A DNA stretch of 64,000 nucleotides, taken from assembly GCA_039916545.1 (NCBI GenBank), contig JBDSLD010000418.1, positions 2,087 through 66,086 of the forward strand, given 5' to 3'. The DNA comes from Ferruginibacter sp. (GTDB lineage Bacteria > Bacteroidota > Bacteroidia > Chitinophagales > Chitinophagaceae). This document shows positions 39,651 to 48,973 of this stretch, piece after piece. How positions within the stretch are numbered: position 1 is the first letter of the stretch; each line of letters opens with the position of its first letter. A model generated the notes under the pieces. The model ran no database searches, had not been told where the DNA came from, and saw nothing but the letters and a program-made list of their open reading frames with translations. The translations under genes and the position numbers were made by a program.

Positions 39651-40421
39651 ATGGAACCTAATAAACATTTTAAAAATAAAGAAGGCGGCAGGGTGATTGC
39701 CGGTTTAATACTGGTGGGAGTCGGCGCTGCCTTATTGTTACGCAATACTGGATTTGAGATGCCGGGATGGTTGTTTTCCTGGCCGATGATACTGATACTC
39801 GTAGGTATCTACATCGGTGTGAAAAGTAATTTCAGAAATAATGCCTGGTACATACTTATACTGATCGGTAGTTATTTTTTGGTCAGCAGGTTTATTCCGA
39901 GCCTCGGACTCCAACCATTTTTCTGGCCCATTGTGATCATTGCCCTTGGAGTGATTTTTATCTTAAGACCCGGAAAAGGAAAGTGGCCGGAATCTCCCGA
40001 TGATACTGATTACAAAAAGTGGGAAAATTTACCGGGCGCTTCCATGCAATATGGTTCCAGCACCGCATCAGTAGAAAGTGGCGATTTTATCAATGTCCGG
40101 TCTGTTTTTAGTGGGATAAATAAAAATATAGTGTCTAAAAATTTCCAGGGCGGACGTATTTCCTGCGTTTTTGGTGGATCGGAGATCGACCTGACCCAGG
40201 CAGATATAAATGGACGCGTACTGATCAAATTAGACATAGCATTCGGCGGTGCAAAATTGGTCGTACCACCTAACTGGGCCATACAAAATGACACCGATGG
40301 CGCGTTCCACGGCTTTGAAGACAAAAGAAGTTTTAATCCTTCGGCAAACATTAATCCTGATAAGGTGCTTATCCTGAAAGGCTCTGTAGTATTCGGCGGA
40401 GTGGAAATAAAAAGCTATTAA
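39651..40421 (+). CDS. LiaF-like cell-wall-active-antibiotic response protein (LiaI/LiaF TM domain + DUF2154)
   Basis: The track ORF 39402-40421 begins inside the repeats. The ATG at 39651 gives MEPNKHFKNKEGGRVIAGLILVGVGAALLL.... Four TM helices are followed by ISCVFGGSEIDLTQADINGRVLIKLDIAFGGAKLVVPPNWAI...GSVVFGGVEIK. Confidence 0.8.
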   Translation: MEPNKHFKNKEGGRVIAGLILVGVGAALLLRNTGFEMPGWLFSWPMILILVGIYIGVKSNFRNNAWYILILIGSYFLVSRFIPSLGLQPFFWPIVIIALGVIFILRPGKGKWPESPDDTDYKKWENLPGASMQYGSSTASVESGDFINVRSVFSGINKNIVSKNFQGGRISCVFGGSEIDLTQADINGRVLIKLDIAFGGAKLVVPPNWAIQNDTDGAFHGFEDKRSFNPSANINPDKVLILKGSVVFGGVEIKSY

Positions 40422-40514
40422 AAGAGTGATGAGTGGCCCGGATAATTCCCGGCGAAACATCAAAAACTAACCACTCATCATTCATCTCTATCTCTCACAC
40501 CAAAATTAAACGAC

Positions 40515-40892
40515 ATGAATTGGTTTCTTGCAAAGTTGGTATTCCGTGTTTTTTGTGGCACCGGAAATCACATACCACAGTTTGATGAACAACTCAGACT
40601 GATTTATGCGGAAGATGAATTACATGCTTTTCATAAAGCGCGTCTTTTAGGAGAAGGTGACACCAAAAATATTGGCGCTGAAAGCATGCCCGGTGTTCAA
40701 TGGAAATTCATTGATGTCACCGAGTTGCATGCCTTGACACAATTTGTTGACGGCGCTGAAATTTACGCTGTGATCAAAGAAGAGAAGGACGCGGATCTGT
40801 ACATTCGTACCATAAAAAAAACAGCTACTCAGTTATTACAGAATTGCCTGCATCATTTCACCCAAATAAATAATATATTAATTGGCACTTAA
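40515..40892 (+). CDS. DUF4288-like small cytoplasmic protein
   Basis: The sequence MNWFLAKLVFRVFCG...FDEQLRLIYAEDELHAFHKARLLGE matches my memory of DUF4288. The gene overlaps the kinase start by 11 nt, which suggests translational coupling. Confidence 0.55.
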   Translation: MNWFLAKLVFRVFCGTGNHIPQFDEQLRLIYAEDELHAFHKARLLGEGDTKNIGAESMPGVQWKFIDVTELHALTQFVDGAEIYAVIKEEKDADLYIRTIKKTATQLLQNCLHHFTQINNILIGT

Positions 40893-41949
40893 TATTATTC
40901 CCCGACGCAGAATAAAACTCATTTTCTTCACGGCATTTTTTGTTTGGTGGAGTATCTGGGCCCTCCTTCAAATAATGGTGTTGGAGGATTTTGGCGTTAG
41001 TGCTTCCAGGGCTATTGCCGACGGGGTGATCAGCAATATTTTATTAGCCGGCACATGTTTACTCGTCATTAATAATATGCGTTATTATTTACCCAAACAT
41101 GAAAAATACTGGTATGTATTGGTGATCACTTTTGCCCATAGCCTTGTCTGGTTATTGCTTACACGCGTAAGCCTGTGGGCATTGTATAAAAGTGATCCCG
41201 GCTATATGTCCTCCTTGTCCCTAACCTCTTATATCAGGTATGCCATTGCCTTTTTGATGATCGGATGCTGTACTGTATTGAGTTTGCTATGGTATACCCA
41301 ACAGCTCCAGGAAGCCGATAGTCAGCGCAAGATCGATATGGAACGCCTCGCCCGGGAGGCCGAATTAAATAAGCTGCGACAACAATTACAGCCTCATTTT
41401 TTATTTAACAGCCTCAATTCGATCAGCGCGTTAACCGGTACCCAGCCCGAAAAAGCAAGGCACATGATCCAGCAACTATCAGATTTTTTAAGGGGAACCT
41501 TAAAAAAGGAAGAGCAAAAATGGACCACCTTCGAAGAAGAATTGCAATACCTGCAATTGTACCTCGATATTGAAAAAGTTCGTTTTGGTTACCGCTTGCA
41601 AACTAATATTGACTGTGAGGAAGACACGCTGCAAATGAAGTTGCCCTCCATGCTGTTACAACCGTTAGTGGAGAACGCCATCAAATTTGGGCTTTATGAT
41701 ACGATCGGGGAAGTCACTATTTTTATATCTGCAAAAAAAGTAAATGAATACCTGGAAGTAGCCGTGCAGAACCCTTTTGATGAGTCTACGTCTATGCCAC
41801 TTAAGGGTACAGGGTTCGGCCTCTCATCCATAAAAAGGCGGCTGTTTTTATTATTTTCACGGTACGATCTTTTACAGGTTAAAAAGGAAGCGGAACAATT
41901 TATTACAATAATCAGTATACCACCGGAACATGAAAGTAATTATAATTGA
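40882..41949 (+). CDS. LytS/YehU-type sensor histidine kinase
   Basis: The N-terminus has 4-5 TM helices. The His_kinase (PF06580) block reads LRQQLQPHFLFNSLNSISAL. The HATPase_c region reads LLQPLVENAIKFG...GTGFGLSSIKRRL. The track start is a TTG, so the true start is uncertain. Confidence 0.9.
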   Translation: MALNIIPRRRIKLIFFTAFFVWWSIWALLQIMVLEDFGVSASRAIADGVISNILLAGTCLLVINNMRYYLPKHEKYWYVLVITFAHSLVWLLLTRVSLWALYKSDPGYMSSLSLTSYIRYAIAFLMIGCCTVLSLLWYTQQLQEADSQRKIDMERLAREAELNKLRQQLQPHFLFNSLNSISALTGTQPEKARHMIQQLSDFLRGTLKKEEQKWTTFEEELQYLQLYLDIEKVRFGYRLQTNIDCEEDTLQMKLPSMLLQPLVENAIKFGLYDTIGEVTIFISAKKVNEYLEVAVQNPFDESTSMPLKGTGFGLSSIKRRLFLLFSRYDLLQVKKEAEQFITIISIPPEHESNYN

Positions 41950-42655
41950 CGACGAACCATTGGCAAGGATGATGGTAAAAGAATACCTCCAATCCTATCC
42001 GCATATTAGCGTCGTGGAGGAATGCAATGATGGATTTGAAGGGATCAAGGCCATTCAGCAACACCGGCCAGACCTTATTTTTCTTGACATCCAGATGCCA
42101 AAAATAAACGGATTTGAAATGCTGGAACTGGTAGACGATCCGCCGCAGGTGATTTTTACCACCGCTTTTGAAGAGTACGCCATCAGGGCTTTTGACGCGC
42201 ACGCCGCAGATTATTTATTAAAGCCTTTTAGCAAAGAACGCTTCGATAAGGCCATGCAGAAATTGCAACAACAGGCAACAAATACAACCAAAGAAATAGT
42301 AGATACGGCAATGCTGTCGACTGCGCAAAATAACCGTATTGTGGTAAAAGACAATGGAAAAATAAAGATCATACCGGTTGCAAAAGTACAGTACCTCGAA
42401 GCTGCGGATGACTATGTAAAAATTATTACAGCAGAGGGAACCTTTCTAAAAAAGAAGACGATGCAATATTTTGAAGATAGCCTGCCTCCCCAGGAATTCA
42501 TTCGCGTTCACCGCTCGTATATCATCAACGCACAATTGATCACCCGCATCGACCCGCATGAAAAAGACAGTCACCTGGTATTGCTCACCACCGGCGCACG
42601 CTTACCCGTAAGTAAAGCCGGGTATAGTAAATTAAAGGATATATTGGGCATATAA
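41930..42655 (+). CDS. LytR/AlgR-family response regulator (REC + LytTR DNA-binding domain)
   Basis: The REC domain reads MKVIIIDDEPLAR...PDLIFLDIQMPKINGFE...YLLKPF. The LytTR domain reads VQYLEAADDYVKI...FIRVHRSYIIN. It overlaps the kinase by 20 nt. Confidence 0.95.
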   Translation: MKVIIIDDEPLARMMVKEYLQSYPHISVVEECNDGFEGIKAIQQHRPDLIFLDIQMPKINGFEMLELVDDPPQVIFTTAFEEYAIRAFDAHAADYLLKPFSKERFDKAMQKLQQQATNTTKEIVDTAMLSTAQNNRIVVKDNGKIKIIPVAKVQYLEAADDYVKIITAEGTFLKKKTMQYFEDSLPPQEFIRVHRSYIINAQLITRIDPHEKDSHLVLLTTGARLPVSKAGYSKLKDILGI

Positions 42656-42976
42656 AATTTCTGCCGGCAGGCATTCTTTAGTCGTAACAAGTTTGTTTTT
42701 GCCCGGGCCGAAGTAATCCGATGTAGCATTGTTGCGTCGCACTCTTGTACGGCATACCACTATGGTGCTTTTACCAATACGGTGATATACTATTTCCAAT
42801 TGAAATGATGACTGGTCGAAGTCTTGAATACCCTGCGCCTATACAATTTAGCGAAAACCAAGGGTTCGAATTTATGAACTCAAGTAATGCACCTTGAAAA
42901 GCATCAGCTTTTACCTGACTGTAATTTTTTAGTTAATTTGCATCCCGGATAAATATAAATAACAGCAGGTGATTTT

Positions 42977-43471
42977 ATGAGAAAATTCGATAGGGTTTTA
43001 ATGTTGACGCTTCTTAGTATTTCTATGATCTTTAGTACTTTCCTGGTTCATGCACAGGCAAAAAATGCGATCGGGATTGGCCCCGCAATAAACGGATCAA
43101 AAGAAGGGACTGGCATGGGCGCGGTTTTACAGGGAGAAATAAGACTTGCCAAGTCTTTTGCCCTCGTTCCTTCCATTGGAGTTGAAATTCCATATGTTGG
43201 TTATACAGGGTTGTCAGGAAAATATTACCTCCCGAATAAGACGCACGTTTCACTGGGCGGTTTCCTGCATGTTGGAGGCGATGATGCAGGGGATAGCGGC
43301 TTTGGCGGAAGCGCCGGCTTTGGAATAGAACTGCTATCCACTCAAAAACATATTATCGACCTGGATATTCACGGCGATGTATTTCAAATAGATGGCGATC
43401 CGGCTTTCGTTGGTGGTTTAAGACTTACCTATAATTTTTCTTTTTCCAGGCAAAGAATGATGTCTCCATGA
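42977..43471 (+). CDS. hypothetical secreted protein, small beta-barrel-like, Gly-rich
   Basis: It has a signal peptide (...SMIFSTFLVHAQA). The sequence alternates hydrophobic and Gly-rich stretches and ends ...GGLRLTYNFSF.... Confidence 0.55.
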   Translation: MRKFDRVLMLTLLSISMIFSTFLVHAQAKNAIGIGPAINGSKEGTGMGAVLQGEIRLAKSFALVPSIGVEIPYVGYTGLSGKYYLPNKTHVSLGGFLHVGGDDAGDSGFGGSAGFGIELLSTQKHIIDLDIHGDVFQIDGDPAFVGGLRLTYNFSFSRQRMMSP

Positions 43472-43571
43472 CAGCAGGCGACGATCCAATTCACCAGTTC
43501 CGCTTGGCCTGGTTTTTCGTGAACAGTATTTTAAAAAATATCAAATTTAATTAGCAGCAACTCCCAGCAAT

Positions 43572-44303
43572 ATGAAACAACTTCCCCGCATCTTTTTATT
43601 TATATTTTCTTTGTTTTATTTCACCCATGCTTTTGGACAAACTCAAAAACCAAAACTCCAGATTTCTCACCTGGCCGGGAATTTTTATATTTTTACCACC
43701 TATAATCTTTACAAGGGTAATCCGGTTGCTGCCAACGGAATGTATCTTGTTACGGACAGTGGCGCAGTAATGTTTGACTCGCCCTGGGATACAACGCAAT
43801 TTCAACCCCTGCTTGATAGTATAAAAATTAAACACAACAAGGCGGTCATAATTTGTATCGCAACGCATTCGCACAAGGATAAAACTGCAGGACTTGAGTT
43901 TTTAAAAGAGCACGGTGCAAAAACATTTACCACAAAACTAACAGATAAGATATCTAAAAGGAACGGGGAGAAGCGGGCAGAATTTTTAATGGAAAAGGAT
44001 ACTGTTTTTTCAGTCGGACAGTATAAATTTCAAACCTATTATGGCGGGCCGGGACATACGGCTGACAATATTGTGATCTGGTTTGAGAAAGACAGAATTT
44101 TGTATGGTGGTTGTTTGGTAAAAAGCGCGGAGTCAACTGACCTTGGATATCTGGGGGAGGCCAGCATAAAAGAATGGCCCGCTACAATTAAAAAGATACA
44201 GGCAAAATTTAAAAACCCACTATTTATTATACCCGGTCACGAGTCATGGACAAGTAATAAGTCTTTAAATCACACCCTGCAACTTATCAAAGAATACAAA
44301 TAG
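43572..44303 (+). CDS. subclass B1 metallo-beta-lactamase
   Basis: It has a signal peptide. The B1 zinc ligands appear in canonical spacing: ATHSHKD (H116/H118/D120), GPGHTADNIVIW (H196), GGCLVKS (C221) and IPGHESW (H263). Confidence 0.9.
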   Translation: MKQLPRIFLFIFSLFYFTHAFGQTQKPKLQISHLAGNFYIFTTYNLYKGNPVAANGMYLVTDSGAVMFDSPWDTTQFQPLLDSIKIKHNKAVIICIATHSHKDKTAGLEFLKEHGAKTFTTKLTDKISKRNGEKRAEFLMEKDTVFSVGQYKFQTYYGGPGHTADNIVIWFEKDRILYGGCLVKSAESTDLGYLGEASIKEWPATIKKIQAKFKNPLFIIPGHESWTSNKSLNHTLQLIKEYK

Positions 44304-44321
44304 AGAACCTCCTGCAATTGA

Positions 44322-45161
44322 TTAATTTGAATGAAGCGGGGCGCTGCTGCCATTCTTTTTCAATTTGTATTGTGTACCAAACTGCAAACTGAATGCGTAC
44401 GCCTTCGTAATATTGAACTGGCCAAAACCAGTTACCCGGCTGCGGGTGTAATGAAACGCGGGCGAAAAATAAAAGGGTAGGGTCTTGTCGCCCGTATAGC
44501 CATTGCGGTAATTCGGTAGCCCGATCCCGATAGCAAACCGTATTCCAAATGAGTAGTTTTTCTTTTTTCGGAGTATCTCGGTGGTTAAACCGAGATTGGT
44601 GAAAAGGCTTGTCCTGCCAATGACCCGGGCGGCGGTATCGGGCAACTGCTTCCTGAAATCAAGATAATCACCTACTTCTTTTTGGAGCGCTGCTTCTAAT
44701 CCTATTACCCGCCATTCGCTGCCATTGTTGTCAATAGGCACCACGTAATTAATGCCGCCCTGCAAACCGGCGCTGCCAAAAAATTTACTGCCAGCCCGCT
44801 TATTAATGTAACTGGTATCAATAAAATGGTCACTGATGGTATATCGATAATCCTGTACATAGTATCCGCCCGCTGAAATATTTGCTCCATAAAAAGCCTG
44901 GAATTTTTTCCAGTTGTTACTCCTGTGAAAACTTCCTGTGAATGAATATAATCCATCGCGCCAGCCAAAATTAGCCAGGCCCAATCTCAGGTTAGCGCCC
45001 ACATAAGAAGCTCCTTTGACAGAATCGGATTGGAGCGGAATTGTTTTGTAGCCATTGCTGTTGGCATTTAACGGGCTAAAATAATAAGCGCTCCGGTAGC
45101 AGCCGGTCAATAAAAAAATTAAGCAAGTCAGCGTTAGTAAAGGTAAAAAATTTTTACTCAT
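44322..45161 (-). CDS. hypothetical lipoprotein, probable outer-membrane beta-barrel
   Basis: It has the lipobox LIFLLTGCY. The sequence is rich in Gly, Tyr and aromatic beta-strand patterns. I recognise no family. Confidence 0.6.
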   Translation of the reverse strand: MSKNFLPLLTLTCLIFLLTGCYRSAYYFSPLNANSNGYKTIPLQSDSVKGASYVGANLRLGLANFGWRDGLYSFTGSFHRSNNWKKFQAFYGANISAGGYYVQDYRYTISDHFIDTSYINKRAGSKFFGSAGLQGGINYVVPIDNNGSEWRVIGLEAALQKEVGDYLDFRKQLPDTAARVIGRTSLFTNLGLTTEILRKKKNYSFGIRFAIGIGLPNYRNGYTGDKTLPFYFSPAFHYTRSRVTGFGQFNITKAYAFSLQFGTQYKLKKNGSSAPLHSN

Positions 45162-45304
45162 CGGAATTATGACAATCGTTTGACCCGATTTGCTGCAAAG
45201 GTTGCTTTAAATTCACCGGGATATTATAAACGCAATAGATTATTTTTAAGAAATAAAAGAATTTACAGCGCGGCAGGGCATATGCATATAGAACATTTCA
45301 AAAA

Positions 45305-46639
45305 ATGAGCATCAAAAAAAGATACAATTTTCCGCCGGGCTACTCCTTACTTCAAACTACGATAAGATCAAATGAATTTTTAAAGGACCCCATTCAATTT
45401 ATTTCTACCAGCATGGAAAAGTTCTCCGGAACTTACACGGCTTCATTGGGAATAAACAGGAAACTCATACTAACGCAGGACCCGGATTTTATCAGTTATG
45501 TCCTAAAAGATAATCACAGGAACTATCATAAATCAGAACTATCTACCAAAACTGCCGTGCAGTTCTTTGGCAACGGGTTACTTTTTTCAAACGGCGATTA
45601 TTGGTTGAAGCAAAGAAGACTGATCCAGCCTGCTTTTCACAAGGAGAAAATAAAAGGCCTGCAGGAAATTATTACCAGGTCAGTCAACCATTTTTTATCA
45701 GCTTTTCCAACGGGAGATGATATCGATATTTATCCACTGATGAACCGCCTTTCCTTTGATATTTTAATAAAATCATTATTCGATATTGATATCGCTCCTG
45801 AAATAATGGAAGAGCTGAGCCAGCTCTTTAGCGATCTGCAGGATTTTTTGATAAAGGATGTCAATCAGCCCATCAGAAAAATATTTTACCCGGTAACAGG
45901 CGCAAAAAATATAAACCTGGTAAAAGCAAAAAGATTAAAAGAAATATTCAGGCAGATAACCAGGGAACGTAAAAATAGTAATGGAAATTATGCTGATCTG
46001 TTGGATATGCTTTTACACAGCAGGTATGAGGATACAGGCGAGCGCATGTCCGAAGAACAAATTTTAGACGAAGTGCTGATACTCATTTTTGCGGGCCATG
46101 AAACTACCGCAAATACGCTCTCCTGGCTGATCTGCCTGCTTGCTTCACACAGCAATATCCTTCAAAAACTAAAAGCTGTTGTTGAAAATAATTCAATCGG
46201 GGCATGCCTTTCTGATGAGTACTTCAAAGCTATAATTAATGAGACCATGCGTCTTTACCCGGCGGCCTGGATGACGGAACGGGTTGCTGTCACGGATGAT
46301 AAATTTGGTAAATTTTCGTTTCCCGCCGGTACCATTATCATTCCCTTTTTTTTCGGTTTGCACAGAGATGCCAACTCCTGGCCGGATGCATTAAAATTTA
46401 TGCCTGAACGATTTTTAGCAGATCCAAAGATAGCAAAATCGAAAAGTTTTTTTCCATTCGGCGCCGGTCCAAGGATGTGTATCGGGAACAACTTTGCCAT
46501 TATGGAAATGTCCATATTTCTTTGTACTTTTTTGAAGGAATTTACAATCATTCCAACAGCAAAAATTCCAAAAATGAAGGCGTTGATCACGCTTAGGCCC
46601 GATAGGGTTGTCGTAGGTGTACAAAGGATTAACCAGTAA
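45305..46639 (+). CDS. cytochrome P450
   Basis: The heme-thiolate loop reads FPFGAGPRMCIGNNFA. The I-helix reads FAGHETTANT and the ExxR motif reads ETMRL. Confidence 0.9.
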   Translation: MSIKKRYNFPPGYSLLQTTIRSNEFLKDPIQFISTSMEKFSGTYTASLGINRKLILTQDPDFISYVLKDNHRNYHKSELSTKTAVQFFGNGLLFSNGDYWLKQRRLIQPAFHKEKIKGLQEIITRSVNHFLSAFPTGDDIDIYPLMNRLSFDILIKSLFDIDIAPEIMEELSQLFSDLQDFLIKDVNQPIRKIFYPVTGAKNINLVKAKRLKEIFRQITRERKNSNGNYADLLDMLLHSRYEDTGERMSEEQILDEVLILIFAGHETTANTLSWLICLLASHSNILQKLKAVVENNSIGACLSDEYFKAIINETMRLYPAAWMTERVAVTDDKFGKFSFPAGTIIIPFFFGLHRDANSWPDALKFMPERFLADPKIAKSKSFFPFGAGPRMCIGNNFAIMEMSIFLCTFLKEFTIIPTAKIPKMKALITLRPDRVVVGVQRINQ

Positions 46640-46867
46640 TGTGCCGTTCTATGGAAGCAAAGAATAATTAAAATTTAGTATCGCGGCTACACAAAACAGC
46701 TTGGATAATACCGGCTAAATAAAATAATGACAAATATGCCTGTATTCGTTGTGTAAATAATAAATTTAAAAAATGTTACTTTTCCTATTTAAAAGATGAC
46801 ATGCCTGGAATAGCTACCCATCAGTATTTGCCGGCTCATTTAAATCACCCAATTAAAATAAATTACT

Positions 46868-48556
46868 ATGAAAAAGCAATTGCGAAAGTGCGTGCTCGGA
46901 ATGTTATTATCGATTATTGTGATAACTGAATTGCCCGCACAGGCAATCCCTGATTCTATCGCGAAGAAGATTGATAGCCTGTTCGCAAAATGGAACAGCA
47001 CTAATACCCCGGGCTGCACCATTGGTATTGTGCGAAATGATTCGCTGATATATGCCAAAGGATATGGCCTCGCAAATCTTGAATATGGTGTTATCAATAC
47101 ACCCGCCACTATCTTTCACATGGCTTCAGTTTCTAAACAATTTACTGCCATGTCGATTGTGCTACTTGCCAAACAAGGCAAACTTCAGTTGGATGATGAT
47201 ATCCATAAATACCTGCCCTGGTTTCCCGACATGAAAGAAAAGATCACTATTCGTAACCTTTTAAATCATACGAGCGGCATCCGGGACCAATGGCAGTTAC
47301 TGGCGATATCCGGCACCAGGCTGGATGACGTGATCACCCAGGAACATGTTGTAAAAATACTCAGTAAACAACAGGCGCTTAATTTTAAACCGGGAGAAAA
47401 ATATAGTTATTCAAACAGCGGCTTTACCATGCTTGCTGAAATTGTAAAATCCGTTACCGGTCAATCGCTCAGGCAATTTACTGATTCGGCGATCTTTAAA
47501 CCATTGGGTATGACCGCCACTCATTTTCACGATGACTACGAAGAAATCGAAAAAGGACGTTCCTATTCTTACGACCGGAAAGACAGTGCGCATTTTAAAA
47601 ATAGCGTGTTAAGTTATTCCAACGCCGGCGCCACCAGCCTTTTTACAAATGTGACCGACATGAGCAAGTGGGTCATGAATTTTTATAACCACAAAGTCGG
47701 CGGGCAGTCGGAGATCGACCAGCTTACCAGGAAAGGTATATTGAATAGTGGTAAAGAGTCTTCGTATGCCTTGGGTATTTCGGTAGATACTTACAAAGGC
47801 TGGAGACAGTATGCGCACGGTGGCGGAGATGCCGGCTACCGCACTTATTTATCTGTACTGCCTGATCTCAAAATGGGATTTATGGTCTTTAGCAACCTGG
47901 GGGATTTTAACCCGGTAGGAAAGACCTATGCCATTGCTGATCTTCTTGTAAAAGACACGACGCAAAAAACGGAAGACAAAAGCAAAGTACAAAAAGACAG
48001 TTCAGCCGCAGTGTTGAAAGACTCATTGCCGATGAAGAAATTTTTGGGTGATTACATGAGTGATGATGGACTGCCCTTCAGTTTTGACATTAAAGCAGGC
48101 AAATTATATTACCACATTTATGATCAGCATAACTTTTTAATAAAAGGCTCAGCCGACACTTTTGCCATTTTTTCTGACCCTGCTATAAAATTTGTTTTTG
48201 GCATAAGGTCGAAGGATACAATCGTTGATATCATTGGTCCGGACGAGTTTTATCACCTCAAAAAATATATAAAGGATACTTCGCAAAAAGAGGAAGTGCT
48301 TAAAAAATATGTTGGCACTTATTATTGCCCTGAGCTTGATTGCAAGTATGGTATAGTTTTAAAAGATCATAATTTGGTGCTGACCAATGCAAAATATAGT
48401 GATACCAAACTGACCTTGTCAGGCAAGGATCATTTAGTAAATGATTACTGGTGGATAAACCATTTGATGATACGTTGGGATGGTAAAAACCAGGTAGAGG
48501 GGTTCGATGTAAACTCCGGCCGTATTATGAATTTAAGGTTTAATAAGATTGAATGA
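46868..48556 (+). CDS. class-C-beta-lactamase-related serine hydrolase (PBP4*/esterase family) with C-terminal lipocalin-like extension
   Basis: It has a signal peptide. The SxxK motif is at FHMASVSKQF and YxN at YSYSNSGF. An HGG-type box is at AHGGGDAGY. Confidence 0.9.
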   Translation: MKKQLRKCVLGMLLSIIVITELPAQAIPDSIAKKIDSLFAKWNSTNTPGCTIGIVRNDSLIYAKGYGLANLEYGVINTPATIFHMASVSKQFTAMSIVLLAKQGKLQLDDDIHKYLPWFPDMKEKITIRNLLNHTSGIRDQWQLLAISGTRLDDVITQEHVVKILSKQQALNFKPGEKYSYSNSGFTMLAEIVKSVTGQSLRQFTDSAIFKPLGMTATHFHDDYEEIEKGRSYSYDRKDSAHFKNSVLSYSNAGATSLFTNVTDMSKWVMNFYNHKVGGQSEIDQLTRKGILNSGKESSYALGISVDTYKGWRQYAHGGGDAGYRTYLSVLPDLKMGFMVFSNLGDFNPVGKTYAIADLLVKDTTQKTEDKSKVQKDSSAAVLKDSLPMKKFLGDYMSDDGLPFSFDIKAGKLYYHIYDQHNFLIKGSADTFAIFSDPAIKFVFGIRSKDTIVDIIGPDEFYHLKKYIKDTSQKEEVLKKYVGTYYCPELDCKYGIVLKDHNLVLTNAKYSDTKLTLSGKDHLVNDYWWINHLMIRWDGKNQVEGFDVNSGRIMNLRFNKIE

Positions 48557-48973
48557 CAGGTATGCAAAAGCCAGCTGCCATCGGTCAATTCCTGCTTTTT
48601 TCTTTTTATATAAAAGGAAAAATGATCAATTCTGTCTTATTGAATTAAACAACCTGCACTAAATTAAAAAAATAAAACTCCATTCAACTGAAGATAAAAA
48701 CGGGGATAATAATGGCCAACAAAGAACCTTCTGATGTTGAGCCCTGAAAAGGCGAAATATAACAGCACAGGGTGTAGACCTGTGATTGAATACCTAACAA
48801 CATTCAGGCCCTGAAGGGCGTAACAATATGATTGTAGCCCACAGATTGTCATAGAGTCGCGCCCTTTTAGCGCTGTTATTGATAGTTAAAATAAAAATTG
48901 AGCTAATGCAGGGAGTGTCCTAAAGTGCCTTACCAGCACAATCCATTGTTAAATTTTAAGTGACACCAATACT

